Source of the DNA: Eledone cirrhosa | Taxonomy: Eukaryota | Direction of reading: 5' to 3' | Assembly: GCA_964016885.1 (NCBI GenBank) | Contig: OZ024741.1 | Span: 205,406,001 to 205,470,000 of the forward strand | DNA length: 64,000 bases | In this document: piece by piece, positions 13,600 through 28,413 of the stretch | Layout of the letters: the number at the start of each line of letters is the position of its first letter | Position numbering within the stretch: the first letter of the stretch is position 1 | Made by a program: the position numbers and the translations under genes | Notes under the pieces: generated by a model | What the model saw: the letters and a program-made list of their open reading frames with translations, nothing else | Told to the model about the DNA's origin: nothing | Database searches by the model: none

Positions 13600-14880
13600 C
13601 AAATTTAGCTGTCTTTTTTGGAACTCAATGACGTGAACATGAGCCAATGTCATGCCAAGAATGTGTCTTTCTTTGATATCTTTCATCATTTCAGAAAGCT
13701 GAGCCTTAAAATCCTGGGCAACTAAATCTGGTCTGTTTTCTGCTTCTTCATTTTGATTTAGATTATTTTGAATATCAGAGCATTCAGGGTTGCATGTGTA
13801 AGTTATTAAAATATCTGGCTTGCTATATTTTACGACAATTGTCATAGCATCCTGAAGTACTAATGCAGTTTCTTGGGCTTCCAATGAAGGATAATGGCAA
13901 AATAACTGGCACCCCAGTCTCCGTGCTATCATCTGCGCCTCTCTTTAGATAGTCCATTATTCCATTGTACTCATCCACTTGCAATCTGAAGTATTGGAGC
14001 TTGCATCTCTCTACTTTCACATAGGCATCCACTACAATGTGCTGAAATAATTGTTTCTACTTTAGGCACAAGGCCAGCAATTACCCAGTGCATTACTGGT
14101 ACTTTATTTTATCGACCCCGTAAGGATGAAAGGCAAAGTCAACCCTGCATTGTCAGTCTATTGCAGATGTAGGTCCCATGTTCCTCCGCATGCTGCATGT
14201 CACTATGCCACCCAAATTCATCATTTGGAAACAATAAAGGGTAGGTCATGGGGTCTAAGTGGAATGAAGTATATGGTATTTTTTGAGGAGGATGACATTT
14301 AGGGTAGATGACAATATCTGTGTACAGGGGGTGCACCATCTATCCCCACAAAAACAGCAGCTATTTCATTGCTAGTTGGTAAATTGTAGCACCTCATATA
14401 TGATTCTCATGTAAATCTTCATTCACAGTTCTGTATGGGACGATTTGCTGCTCTTCTCGTTCTCTGGCATGCATTGTATTGTACACTTCAGCATAATGAT
14501 TACATTCATGCAACACCTTATCATAGTCATTGTTTGCAGTGAGAAGTCATTATATTGTGGTGCATCAATAATATATAGCTAGCCATATTGTGGTGTATTT
14601 TCTGTAGGGTACAGAGGTGTGGTATTGTGATATGTTTGACCCTGAATATGAAAGAATACGGGCCTCTGCCAGGTGGTATCTTCTTTCTCTTTCTATTATT
14701 TCTCCACGTTGTTCATGTCTGATCCCTGCTCTGCATCTGTACATCCTTTCTCGAACACCTTGCAACTGTCTTTCTTGGCGTAGAAAGATTAAATTAATTT
14801 TATTAAGGCACTTCTTTGTGCAAGTAATAAATGTATGTAATACATTTCTTAATATAGATATATTAGGCACATGTATGAAC
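13600..14880 (-). pseudogene. Helitron Rep fragment, inverted relative to 12295-13440, with a SINE A piece at ~14046-14140
   Basis: YNLPTSNEIAAVFVG, LDPMTYPLLFPNDEFGWH, VILPLSFIGSPR, KPDILITYTCNP, HVIEFQKR. Confidence 0.9.
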
Positions 14881-15482
14881 TGATAAGTTAAGGGTAAATG
14901 TGTATTGTGTATCTTGCAACTGCGGTCGTTATATATCTTCTTTCACATAGAGCCCAGCGTCCGAACATTCGTTATAATTGTGTGTATGAGTATATGAGTG
15001 TGTGTGTGTATATGTGTATGCGTGCATGTGTATGCACATATGTCTACATTTATATGTATGAGTATATAAATATAAACGCGCAAAAACACACTCACACACA
15101 CACACATACGCTCAGACAAGCGTAGTTAACCTTGGAACGCTCATCTCTACAGCATTTCACCATCCCTTCCTTTCTCAATCATTACATAGATGTGTGTATA
15201 TGTAATGATTATTTTGTATGTGTCTATAGATAGATAGATAGATTTTATTCTGAAAATAGTCTATCGTCTCTGTTAATAAAGCTTAAGTTTCTTAGTAACT
15301 AAAACTTCACTTAATTATAGATATAATTATTACTGAATTATGCTTCCATAAATTTGTATTGATTTTTTAATAATATATTCTATTAATATTGATTTCGTAA
15401 TTTCATGTTCTAGTTGCATACCTATAACTCTAATTTGGTGAGTAGTATATCTGTACCAGTGATATGATACTTCGTATTATTA

Positions 15483-15662
15483 TTGGCAATATCGGTAGAG
15501 GGTCGGACGCCATGCTTTGACGCATAGAGTTACGGCCCTTGCCATTCTGAGTTCAAATCCCGCCAAGGTTAACTTTGCCTTTCATCCTTACGGGGTCGAT
15601 AAAATAAAGTACCAGTAATACACTGTATTATTGCTGGCCTTGTGCCAAAAGTAGAAACAATT
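15483..15662 (+). mobile_element. SINE family A (deleted variant)
   Basis: Near-identical to 6358-6535. Confidence 0.85.
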
Positions 15663-15909
15663 ATTATTATACGAAATATCACACTTCTTTAGTTACTTAA
15701 CGTTGTTTTACTTTTATTAAATTTTAGTTGCGCCTTTACACTTCCATACAATTTAAACCTTTTCCTACCATTCGAATTGCTATTGTTTATACTTTTTCGC
15801 GCTTCTATAATTTTATGAACATGTAAGGTAAATATTGTGTATTTAATGAATTCAGATGAGCTTATAACAGGAATGGAATATTCCAGTTATTCTAACAAAT
15901 CGGTCGTAA

Positions 15910-16160
15910 ACCAATTAAGTGGCTGAGCATTACACAGACACGTGTGCCCTTAATGTAATTCTCAGGGAGATACAGCATGATAGTGTGTGACAAGTATTCT
16001 ATCCGACGGGCTTCCAAACAGTTCCCGTCTACCAAATTTCACTCTCAGGGCATGGGTCGACTCAGACTATAGTAAATGGCACTTACCCAAAATGCTACAC
16101 AGAAATATTGAACCCAGCATGCAATGATTGCGAAGCGAACTTCTTAAACATTCGGCTATG
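15910..16160 (-). mobile_element. SINE family B
   Basis: Shares ccctgagaatta..ttaagg...cac.tgtct.tg.aatgctcag.cactt with 49683-50010. Confidence 0.75.
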
Positions 16161-16252
16161 CCGTATGCCTATGGAATACTCAACCACTTACATATTCTTT
16201 TAACCAGTTTGGTTGATTTGATGCTCACACAACGTTCTCGATGTGAGAGCCT

Positions 16253-16400
16253 ATCATCATCATTATCATCATCACCACCGCCACCATCACTACCACCACC
16301 ACCACCACCATCATCATCATCACCATCATCATCACCATCATCGTGGTCGTCATCATCAACGTCATCGTCATCATCATCACCACCATCATCATCATCAACA
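16253..16400. repeat. (CAT/CAC)n trinucleotide microsatellite
   Basis: Direct reading of the sequence. Confidence 0.95.
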
Positions 16401-16572
16401 CTACTGTAGCAATATTTTGTTTACGAAGAAACGAGAACGAAAGACAAATCATGGTGATGATAGTGAAGTGTGTTAAAACCAGAACAGAAATAAAAAAATT
16501 AAAATGAAATCAACGAAAAAGTAAGAGAGAATCTTAACCATCTACTATGTCAGGGTATGTCATGCATCATCT

Positions 16573-16639
16573 TATTTTATCTGATGAGGACGTACTGTTG
16601 AACTTAACTCAGTATCTTTGAAATATGTATAATAAAATA
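16573..16639 (+). ncRNA. Type I hammerhead ribozyme motif
   Basis: Stem I tattttat/ataaaata; CTGATGA; stem II ggacgtactg/cagtatcttt (1 mismatch, G.U pairs); GAAA; self-complementary stem III ATATGTAT; UA cleavage site. Confidence 0.8.
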
Positions 16640-17043
16640 TACTTGATCTCAAGAATTTTTATTTTGTTAATATTTTGAATTAATATTAATAACTCTGGAA
16701 AACCTTTCCTGTTGAGTGCTTCCAATCTATTGTAAAACTCATTCTTTGATGTATTCATTGAACCTTGTTTAACTTTTAAATATATATATATATATATATA
16801 ATAGAATAATCGAGTATCGAAAAATCGGCGCACGAGTTCACGATAAACAAAATTCGAGATGAGCGGCAGAGGGCTCCATAATTCAGATAAATCAGAGCTA
16901 TAACTATCGTTAAAATACCGTCACACGTAGAATATGTCTACAATCAACCAAACAACCGAAAAATTGCGATATGGAAGATTCGGGACACTCAGATAAATTA
17001 TCAATAAATCAATAAATCAAATGAATGTAAAAAGCATATATAT

Positions 17044-17386
<343 letters not shown>

Positions 17387-18139
17387 AAAGACTTACTGCA
17401 GACTTTTTTATATTCCCTGCTAGGAAAAAAAATAAAGCTTTTCTTGTGTGTGAGTTAGTTGATTTGATCAGTTTTAATGTATTGACACGGAAAACAGTCA
17501 CATATACGAGCAAGCGTGTGTGTATGACTAAATGTATGTGTATGTAGGTTTATGAGAATGTTTCCATTTTATCTACTCCATGCCTAATTCAACCCATCCT
17601 ACTATTCAAATCAACCATTTCTTGTTTACATACACACACCCATACACTCTCTCTCTCACACACACACACAGGCACACATACACAGATTTACACACACATA
17701 CACAGATTTACACACACATACATACACACACAATAAAGTAAACGTCAGTTTAGTTGAATACACAAAACTAGGCAAACTTACTGGATTTATAACACATTTC
17801 AATGTGATTACCAACCATTTTGCGATTCCTGTATGTTTGGGTTCAACGTAATCCTATTACATAATTCATCACAAATGACTAATAATTTACTGCTTTCTGT
17901 AACATAAACTGATTTCTTTAATCACTGATGTTGAGTGAACTTGTAGCATACAAGAAGTTCCTGTACAATTGAACATATTTTGAGTAGGTATAGTTTGCAC
18001 AGAACTACCTCCACCACTTCTTAACAACGATTTCATTGTTGTCACATGAAGTGACAAGACCAAGAACTCTAGGGGTCTCAGTTTTTTTCCCTTTTTTTAG
18101 AGCTTTGCTCTCGAGTGTCTTCAATCATCCACCCCTCAG

Positions 18140-20460
18140 GCCAACGCCAAACTAATCATGGGTGATGTCTCGGCTGCAGTCAGATTGGTTGCCTTGGAGG
18201 ACACTGTCCTCCAACCCACCGAGGAGGTTCTGGCTGCTCTGCAGCTCAAGAACCCTGAGCGCCCGCCGACCTTAGACACATACCCCTCACTTGCTCCTTG
18301 TGGTTTCCGACGCAAACAACATGTCTGCCATCAAGTCCTTCCCAGCCAGCAGCAGCGGAGGTGCTGATGGCCTCCGTACTGGCCACCTCAGTGTTGTTAT
18401 CCCCCATCTCCGTTGAGGCCGGGCGCCGCCTTCTGAAATTGTGGAACTCACTAATAGGTTCATCCATAGCGCCCTTGATCCTCACGCCCGAGGCCTCTTT
18501 TTTTCGGCTAGCCTGACCGCTCTCAGGAAGAAAGAGGATGGCATACGCTCCATCGCTGTAGGCAATGTCTTCCGGAGGCTGGCTGTTAAGGTCGTCTGCA
18601 GGTCGATCACACCTGAACTGGTCTAGGAGCTCAGTCCGGTGCAACTGGGTGTCAGCGTGTCCAGTGGCTATGAGGGGGCCGCACATGCAACCAGGTAGTT
18701 CTTCAATAGCTGCCCACCGGAACCGGCATCCAGGAACTCCAAGCACCTCATTGTCAAGCTTGACATGAGGAATGCGTTCAACTGCATACGCCGTGACCAT
18801 CTGCTCGATGCCTGCTTCAGCCGAGCCCCCTCTACCTACCAGTCATATGGAACCCCGAGCATGCTCCTTGCTGCTGATACGGTCATACCTTCAGCCACTG
18901 GGGTCCAAGAGGGTGACCCTTTGGGCCGCCTCCTATTTGCTCTTGGTATAGACCACATTTTCCCGAGTTTCACGGCCCTTCTCAACGTTTGGTATCTGGA
19001 TGATGCTACATTGGGCGGGCCCGTAGAGACTGTCTGCCACGACCTACAATCGGTGGTTCCTGCTCTGATGGGAATCGGCCTCCAAGTCAACTCGTCCAAG
19101 TTAGAGGTGGTGAATGTCAACCACGACGCTGAAAGCTTTTCAGCCTCCATCTCGGACGTACAGTCCATTCTCCTTCAGGTACAGGTGTCCTCATCCTCGG
19201 GTCACCGATCCACCCGCCGGCCATCCACTCCGCCATCGGGTGCAGGGTCCGGCAACTCACAAGCTGACTGGACATGACTGACGCCCACCCAGCCCCCTTC
19301 CTGTTGAGGAACTGCTTTGCCATGCCGAAGCTCCTCTATACCCTTCGCAACGCTCTGTGCTACAGCCACGCATCTCTCCTCGCTGACCTCGACACTTGTA
19401 TCCGAACGGCAGCTGAGGAGATGTGCAACGTCAGGTTTGACGACATTGGATGGCAACAGGCCACTTTACCTGCTAGATATGGTAGCCTTGGCCCCCGGTT
19501 CCCGGTCTCGCTGGCTTTGCCGCCGTTTCTTTCGTCGGTAACCTCATGCCGCGTCCTCGTCAACAGGATTCTCCTTAACACAATGGAACCCACTGTGATC
19601 GAGGAACATGAGGCCGCCTGCGAGGCGTGGAACCGGCTTAGACTTAGCCCAGTAGACGTCCCTCCTCCTTCTCCTCCTGCTGACGTCAAGTCCCCCCAGA
19701 GTATTTGGGATGCCATCTAGTGCAGCCTGGCCTCATACAGGCTCACGCGCCAGCTCGACCAGCACTGCCTTGCCTGTTTTCGCGCGGCCTCACAACCCCA
19801 CAGTGGTGCCTGGCTCCATGCCTTACCCTCCTTTTCCACTGGCACGCAGCTGGACAAGGATAGCCTGCGCATCGGGGTTTCCCTGAGGCTTGGCCTCCGG
19901 ATCTGCCAGCCACACAAATGTCGCTGCGGATCCACCGTGGTCTCTTTCGGCTTCCACCCACTTTCATGTTGCTACAGTGCTGACAGCCTTCCACGCCATG
20001 CCGCCCTCAAGGAGGTCATAAAGCATCCCGGATGCTGCAGGCTTCCCCTCCCAGCTTGAGCCGGTGGGGCTGGACCGAGGGGACGGCAAAAGGCCAGACG
20101 GTTTGACTATCTTCCCGTTCTGCGGTGGCAAGCCCCTCGCCTGGGATTCCACTTGCAGCGACACTTTCTCCAGCCGCAACCTGATGCAGTCTGCGACTAA
20201 CCCAGGTTCTGCTGCACTTCGGGCTGAGGAGGGCAAACTCTCCAAGTATCAGTCGCTCTCCGAGAGGTTTGCGGTCGTGCTCCTAGCAGTGGAGACTTCT
20301 GGTGTCCTTGGCCCTAGGGCTATTTCCATACTTACCACCATAGGCGCTGAACTGGCTACCCGCATGTGTGAGCCGGGCGAGATGGAATGGCTCTTTCAGC
20401 GGATCTCCCTTACCATCCTCCGGGGAAACGCCTTCTCCATTCTGTCTGCCGGGGCTGTGG
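18140..20460 (+). mobile_element. CRE-like non-LTR retrotransposon (RT, zinc knuckle, RLE), frameshifted
   Basis: [87 protein letters not shown]...WDST, LFQRISLTILRGNA; GC-rich block. Confidence 0.9.
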
Positions 20461-20923
20461 GACCGCTAGCCCGTGGGACCCCATTTGCTCATAATACAGA
20501 GAGATGGGGTGGGCGAGAGAGATGGAGGCGATGACAATGGGAGTTCGGCTCTTCTGTGTTCGGACACATTTATCAGACTGTAGGTTTTATGTACTTGTTT
20601 TAATGTCGACAAAGAAATAGTTGCTATGAACAAGCTATAGAGTCTAGTCTATCCTATCAGTCAAAGATTACTGATAGTACTGCCCTATTAAAGGGACCTT
20701 CAGCAAACAGACCTCATATCATACCAGAGTTATAAAATAATAATATATAATAAAATAATAATATACAAAATATATAATACAATTTTTTTTTCATGTAGAA
20801 ATAACTAGATCTGTTTTATTCATTTGAAATCACCAGCTAAGTCTGACTTGCGTGATTTCAAAGGAATAGAATAGTTTTCATCATGTAAAAATCGATAAAT
20901 ATAAATACGAGGGGAGAGAGAGC

Positions 20924-21027
<104 letters not shown>

Positions 21028-21087
21028 CTAAGACCGTTAATCGCTTTAATTTGAACATAAACAAATCTGCACCAATCCAATGCCATC

Positions 21088-21480
21088 ATAATTGTTTCTA
21101 CTTGAAGCACAAGGTCAGCAATTTTGAGGGAGGGGAAAGTGTTTTAATTTAACGACCCCATAAGGATGACAGGCAAAGCTAACCTCGGCGGGATTTGAAC
21201 CGAGACCGTAACTCTCTGTCGCGAAGCAGGGTGTTCAACGCTCTTACCGATACTGTCAATCCATCGCCTTTCCAATGTCATCATAATGGTTTCTTATTTA
21301 GGCACAAGGCCAGCAATTTGGGGGGGGGGGGTCGATTAAATCGACCCCAGTACGTGACTGGTACTTTATTTTATCGACCCCGTAAGTTTGAAAGGTAAAG
21401 TTAACTTCGGCGGGATTTGAACTCAGACCGTAATTCTATGTTGCAAAGCATGGCGTCCGACCCTCTACCAATACTGTCAA
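21088..21480 (-). mobile_element. Two adjacent SINE family A copies
   Basis: Each has gcacaagg(t/c)cagcaattt...cgacccc.taag..tga.agg.aaag.taac.tcggcgggatttgaac...atactgtcaat. Confidence 0.85.
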
Positions 21481-21606
21481 TCATAATGAAATGCAATGTC
21501 ATCATAATGAAATGCAGTATCAGCCGATTCCGGTCGCACTACATAATTATTATAACACTCTCCCGCCTCTCTTTCTATATATTCTTTTGTTTAGGTTTTA
21601 TCTAGA

Positions 21607-22290
21607 TGTAAAACAGTCCTTGTCCCAAGGGAGATATAAATGACATCACGTTAAGGTGCTCATGGCCCTTGCCAGTAAGCGCAAGAGAGTCGCAAGGAAC
21701 ACCAAATACGGTGGAAACTGACACCATCAACCAAGTTTGTGAAAGAGGGAGAGAATCCATCTACCACAGTTAGAGAATATGGCCTACTATAAATAGCCAA
21801 ATCATGGCTTATGAGGGTTGATCTGGGAAGTAGGTTGCAGTTCTCTCGGGTTGTTCAAACATCTTTGAAGCTATACTGAAAAGAATAAAAAAAAGATAAT
21901 CCTGATTGAACTCTCAGTCCCATGAGAAGAGTGTGGCAACGCCTTTGAGCGAAAGAGTGCCAAGTATCAAGAGCTTGCGCAGGCATGGCTATTTCCAGTC
22001 AAGGTGGGCTGCAGGGATTCCCGGTTCACTCGGTATGGAGAATGCTCACTGCCATTGGAATGACAGGAAGAGAGAAGAAGGCATAGTTCGCAGGATGGGG
22101 GAGGCATAAAAAATGGCTTCTTGTTGGCTTTTGAGCAGGAGAGAGGAGATAAGCTGGAAGCCAAGAAATGCAGATAGACAGTAATTTGGCCACCACTGCT
22201 GACACACCAGGGTTTTACGGTTGAGGGTCGAAACACCCTATAAACGTTAGACACTGTCTGATGACATCAACGCCTCCTAGATAAAAAATT
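21607..22290 (+). pseudogene. HERO-like (RLE-type non-LTR) 3' fragment
   Basis: Remnants ELSVP*EE, KYQEL, FPVKVGCR, ASCWL, followed by a 3' UTR with gagggtcgaaacaccc; clade assigned from recalled motifs. Confidence 0.6.
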
Positions 22291-22329
22291 GTTCGTCCAT
22301 TCTTTAGTGCTGTTCAGTCATCATTCTCC

Positions 22330-23590
22330 GTCCATCTTCCCTTGTAGAATATTGAGAACAAGGTCCGTTATAAGGAACCAAAGACTGTTGATGATGCAGT
22401 CAAACTATCTAGCAAATTTAAATGTAGAAAAGCAAATCAAGATCAAGTTATGTCACTTCAGAAGGGTTTATCTCATAAACACGAAAACAATTATTTGCTT
22501 GATCAAACATCCAAGTACAACGTTCAGTCATTGCTAAGTAAAGTGGATTCGTTAAGTGAACAAATCCAAGTGATGGCTACTCAGTTAAAGGAGTTTAGTA
22601 ATCCCAAAGCACCATTGATTTGTTATGGCTGTGGGGCTCAAGGTCATATTCGAAGAGAATGCACATTCCGGTATAATCAATATAGAGGTAGAGGAATTAG
22701 ACGCAAAGCAAGTGGGTCAGTAGCGTGCATGGGGGGGGGGGGGGGGCGTTAGCCCCGGGCATCCTTTGGATGGGGGCATCATTTGGGAAAAAGAACTTAA
22801 TAAATTTGATTGATTTATATTAATATCGAATATAGCGTTTATTTCATGCTTCATCTGTGTTTATATATTCAAAATGTTTTCCTTTCTGATAATATTTCTC
22901 AGTATATTAGGCCTTATACTTGAGTCTTTGGGGCATACAATGAAGATTTTCCCCGGGCATCACCAGAGCTCTGCACGTTGTTGCCGTGGGTCAAAAGGTT
23001 TTGGAAGGGGAGACGTTCGCAGAAATGCCTGTTATACTTGTAGCGGGATTGGCCACTTTGCAAAAGACTGTACATGATTACAGGACAAATCCTTGAACAA
23101 AATTGGTGTTTATTAAAATTAGTGTCGACGATTGCTCTATGAAAGCACTTGTTGATTCAGGGTTAGATTTGACGATAATCAGTGAAGTATTTAAAATGAA
23201 TCACGATATTTTGAAATTTATACAGCTAGAACCTGCTAGTCATGATAGGGAAACGTCAGCTAATGGTGAACGTATGGAGAAGGTTCAAGTAACATTTGAC
23301 GTTGGAAGGGAAGAGTTTTTCTATTCAGTGTATGTTGCAAGAAATTGACTTTATCCAGTCATATTGGGATAGGATCTATTTACAACAATTAACTCCAAAA
23401 TTGATTTGAATGCTGGCTTTATTGACACAAAAGGAGTCCAAATACCCTTTATTCCAAAGTGGAAAATCTTTGTTAGGGTCTATAGTGCAACAATAAATGA
23501 GTATATGTTTCCCTTGGATGAAGAGGATCAGTTTAGGTAAAATTTCAATCAGAGAAAACCCTCTGTTAGATTTGCTGATTATATAATGAA
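22330..23590 (+). pseudogene. Gypsy-type gag-protease remnant
   Basis: Two CCHC knuckles (CYGCGAQGHIRREC, CYTCSGIGHFAKDC) and aspartic protease ALVDSG...VILG. Confidence 0.8.
22718..22983. mobile_element. MITE (possibly hAT-like) inserted between the gag knuckles
   Basis: Imperfect TIRs cagtagcgtgca / tgcacgttgttg; flanks aagtgggt and ccgtgggt resemble a decayed 8-bp TSD. Confidence 0.55.
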
Positions 23591-24587
23591 CTGGCAGCAG
23601 TACCCGGCGTTGCACGGGTAGGAAACGTGAAATAGCAACACGCATATGCAAAGATTAAGGAATGTAGTTGCGTACTTTTTAAATTCCCTTATTCTCAGGG
23701 AATGATTGAGGAGCGACGTAGTCAATTGAGTGAAAACCAAGTAGGGATGTACGTTTAAGTAGGGATATTGAAATGACGAAATCAGCGTGGCAACGCAGCT
23801 GCAGCAGAAGGGGGTCATAGTGCAATTAGCACAAACGCTGGGCGCCACTGATTGAACTGCGTTTACACAGCAACAAAGGTGCGACAAAAGGGGTCACCGT
23901 GGAATTAGCACAACCGCTGTTTGGCGTACTTGCGCAGGGCGTTCATACTGCAGTGTAGGTGCAACAAAAGAGGTCTTAGTAGAAGTAGCACAGACGGGAG
24001 TTTTACGGCGTCAATAACACGGCAAGTACACAGGGCCCGGATTTGCGCGTGATGAAAGCACGAAGCGTCAACAGAGCGCCGACAAAAATTTTAAGGTCTT
24101 CCTCATTTCCTCAACCCCCGAAAATGGTCCTGCTTAAAAGTAAGTAAGTGTTGTGTCCTCTGTTAAATAAACCAAATTTTTAACGAAATATTACGCTACT
24201 TACGATGTTTAAGTAGCGTTTATATTGAAAATGAAAATAGCATGTAATGCCTAATGCTAATTCGTAAATTTCCTAGAAACCATTAATGGAATCGGATTTT
24301 TTTTGTCCACAGCAATGCGAAGGGACTAACTAATGTGTGCTACAAATTTCGAGGAAATCGGCCAGATAATCTTTAAGTTACGCCTCAAAAAAGCCTAAAA
24401 ATGCCTAAAAAATGCGGTTTTTCATAGTTAAAAAAGAAAAAGTTAAAAGTTTTTAGCCCATTGCATTTCCAGAAATATAAGTAATGCATGTGTAAAGTTT
24501 GAAAAAAATCAGTCGGGTACTTCTCGAGTTTTAGGGATTTACACAGACAGACAGACAGGCATCCTCTGTTTTATATATATAGAGAGA
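23591..24587 (-). mobile_element. Non-autonomous Helitron
   Basis: On minus: A|TCTCTCTATATATATAAAAC start, (CTGT)n tract, 3' hairpin acccgtgcaacgccgggt then CCAG|T (CTAG variant); inserted between A and T with no TSD. Confidence 0.8.
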
Positions 24588-25221
24588 TTACTAATGATAT
24601 CGTTTTATTGTATATGGTGCGTCTTATCATTCGATCTATCACTGTAAATAAAGAAGTTGTGAAGAGGAAATGGAAAAAGTAATAAAAAAAAAGACTATGA
24701 GACTCTAGCTCAGATGAGAAGGATGAAGAGAAAAAAGACATAAAAAATGACCTAAAAAATAAATGTATTGAGTTATATGAAATATTGGTAAGGGGTGCGT
24801 GGACACATCTTGGTTGTCCGGGAAGAAATGTTATGCTGCACAATCGTATGTTGATGATTGTGGCTTTTAAGTGATTTTGGTGCATTCCGAAGTCATGTAA
24901 CCTGGTGGAACGCGGCATTACAGAGAAAGGATACAGTACAAAAAGAAACAACTGAAGTGGTATTGTTTTGAAAATCTGACGCTTGTAACACCACCACTAA
25001 ACCAATAATAATAACAATTGTGTCGATGCTAAGATGCAATATTGCTAGACAGCATTAGAAACTGCCAACGGCTCTGATATCATCTAGTTTTTATGAACTC
25101 GTACTTGGTTTCGTTGTTGGTATCTAGGGAATTGTTTAAGAGACCACTGGAATGTTCAGGCCAACAAATGAAAAGAAAGGATAAATATACCGTGCATGTA
25201 AAACTGTAAACCTCTCTCAAG

Positions 25222-25702
25222 ATAATTGTTTCTATTTTAGGTACAAGGCCAGCAATTACCCAGTGCATTACTGGTATTTTATTTTATCGACCCCGTAATG
25301 ATGAAAGGCAAAATTAACCATCATCATCCGGCGGCCTCACTTGCACTCGTCTGCGTTGAAGCAGGCGAGTGTATGTGCTATCGAGGTGATTTTGGGATGA
25401 AAGTGTCCAAGTTCCACTTATATATAGCAAGATTGGTTGAATTGTTACTTGGAAGAGTCTGATCTTGGTGTGGTTGGAAAGATTTGAGCGCCAAACTCGA
25501 TCTATCTTGTTGCAAGCTGACCATGCTTGGGCCTTTCTGGTGGCGAAATCCTTCTCAGAGTCCATGATCCAGGACCCAAGATACTTGAAATACCCGACTT
25601 GCTTGATATCACTGCCGATGATTGCTCTGAACTCATAACATAAAGGGCCATAACTCTATGTGGCAAAGCACGGTGTCTGACACTCAACCGATACTGTCAA
25701 TC
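25222..25702 (-). mobile_element. SINE A with a nested RTE-like LINE fragment (~25318-25685)
   Basis: SINE body 25222-25318, SINE head aaccgatactgtcaat at 25686; the insert translates FKYLGSWIMDSEKDFATRKAQAWSACNK...KIRLF...ILLY..TWTL. Confidence 0.75.
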
Positions 25703-26212
25703 AAGATAATGTTATAATATATTGTCTCCCGTCTGTCAGAGTCGACTCCGTCCTCATCACTTTCCTCAACATTCAAACATTTTGCACCTGGAACAATTTC
25801 TGTTGTGTAGATGTTGTATAGGCTGTCATAGACATACTTCTTCCGGGTACAATTTGGGGTTACTGGGATATAATTGCTGATTGTTGAAAGGAGTGGTTAT
25901 CTGGCAGAACTGAACAATGGGAAGTTTGACACATTTTTTGATATTTTGTTCCTTCAACACCTTGTCCCTTCTACCATTTTATCAATTTTTAAGCTAACTC
26001 CAACAATAACAACACTTAGAATGAAGAATGTTCTAATAACTGACCAATGAGAGGAGAAGGGGACCTGTGACACGAAAATTCGTTTGTTTGAATTCATATG
26101 ACTCCAGTTCCCCAGTGAATTAACAACCCAACAAGGAACTGGGCATATCAGAGTATTGACAATATCATACACCTAAACAACATATGTACTTGTCTATACC
26201 ATACTAATTCAA

Positions 26213-26267
26213 ACTGCCTGAAGAGGTCACAGCCAAAGATGGCTGTCACTGAAATATATATAGCAGT
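26213..26267 (+). ncRNA. Type I hammerhead ribozyme motif
   Basis: Stem I actgc/gcagt; CTGAAGA; stem II ggtcacagcca/tggctgtcact (1 mismatch); GAAA; palindromic stem III ATATATAT; UA site; AATAAA follows immediately. Confidence 0.88.
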
Positions 26268-26311
26268 AATAAACGAAGCTAAATTTTAATCATTTGATTT
26301 TTATTTAACTT

Positions 26312-26361
<50 letters not shown>

Positions 26362-26583
26362 AATTAGGTTAAAAATGTACATCTACATATGCATACTGAA
26401 ATACTAGTGTGCATATGAATACACACACGTATACATATGTAGATGTAACGAGTCTTTCACTGGTTGCTTTACTGTGAGCAACCCAGTTATTCTGTATGTA
26501 AACACACAGACAAACCGGTTTTTAGAGTCATACTGGTTTTCGAGGGAACACCTTCCCTCTATTCTCCAGAAAGCCAGACAAGG

Positions 26584-26628
26584 AATATTGAACTAGTTTC
26601 GTTGTTGTTACAACTCATCAGCAATATT
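26584..26628 (-). ncRNA. Type I hammerhead ribozyme motif (minimal)
   Basis: aatattg CTGATGA gttgt-aaca-acaac GAAA ctag T T caatatt; 7-bp stem I, 5-bp stem II, palindromic stem III ACTAGT. Confidence 0.88.
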
Positions 26629-27050
26629 TACCTATCTACCGGCCCTTCTGGAGAATTGTAAAAGCACATATCGTTATATGCTTTTTCTATGAAAATTAGT
26701 AGTGGGCAGACTAATTTGCATAGAGTGTGAGTACGCACCGGTTCAGCGGAGACGATAAAAACAAATAACGAAACGAAATTAAATTTCGTTTCGTTTGTAA
26801 CTCACTTTTGTATGACTGACGCTTAAACAATTAGGTTAAAAATGTACATCTACATATGCATACTGAAATACTAGTGTGCATATGAATACACACACGTGTA
26901 CATATGTAGATGTAACGAGTCTTTCACTGGTTGCTTTACTGTGAGCAACCCAGCTATTCTGTATGTAAACACACAGACAAACCGGTTTTTAGAGTCATAC
27001 TGGTTTTCGAGGGAACACCTTCCCTCTATTCTCCAGAAAGCCAGACAAGG

Positions 27051-27095
27051 AATATTGAACTAGTTTCGTTGTTGTTACAACTCATCAGCAATATT
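27051..27095 (-). ncRNA. Type I hammerhead ribozyme motif (second unit)
   Basis: Identical to 26584-26628, offset 467 bp. Confidence 0.88.
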
Positions 27096-27203
27096 TACCT
27101 ATCTACCGGCCCTTCTGGAGAATTGTAAAAGCACATATCGTTATATGCTTTTTCTATATATATATCAAGTAAGTATTTTTTGAAACAGTGAGCAGGTTTG
27201 AAA

Positions 27204-27330
27204 TTAGAAAATAGAATAGCTTTCACCGTATTTTTGACTAAAGGAATTTTAGCCTGATAATGGGGTTATCCCATTATCAGGCTAAAATTCCTTTAGTCAA
27301 AAATACGGTGAAAGCTATTCTATTTTCTAA
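27204..27330. repeat. Perfect ~61-bp-arm inverted repeat with 5-nt spacer
   Basis: ttagaaaatagaatagctttcaccg...ctgataatggg gttat cccattatcag...cggtgaaagctattctattttctaa. Confidence 0.92.
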
Positions 27331-27390
27331 TATATATATATATGTATATGCGTGTGTGTATTTATATATTGTCAATGCAAATCTTTATGC

Positions 27391-28199
<809 letters not shown>

Positions 28200-28239
28200 A
28201 TATATATACATATATATATATATACATATATATACATAC

Positions 28240-28272
<33 letters not shown>

Positions 28273-28273
28273 C

Positions 28274-28413
<140 letters not shown>

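Larger units (their letters stand above)
26358..27157 (-). repeat. 467-bp tandem repeat (~1.7 units), one HHR per unit
   Basis: aaacaattaggttaaaaatgtac starts at 26358 and 26825; near-identical units; flanked by (TA)n. Confidence 0.92.

Noticed and set aside
16128-16476. Poly-His, poly-Ser and poly-Met ORFs
   Set aside because: (CAT/CAC)n microsatellite.
22220-22280. GAAAC...CTGATGA as a type II hammerhead
   Set aside because: Stems I-III cannot be formed; it fits the 3' UTR of the HERO-like element.
24600-24960. Acidic stretch followed by Cys/His residues resembling a DNA-transposase C-terminus
   Set aside because: Too degraded to assign without a database search.
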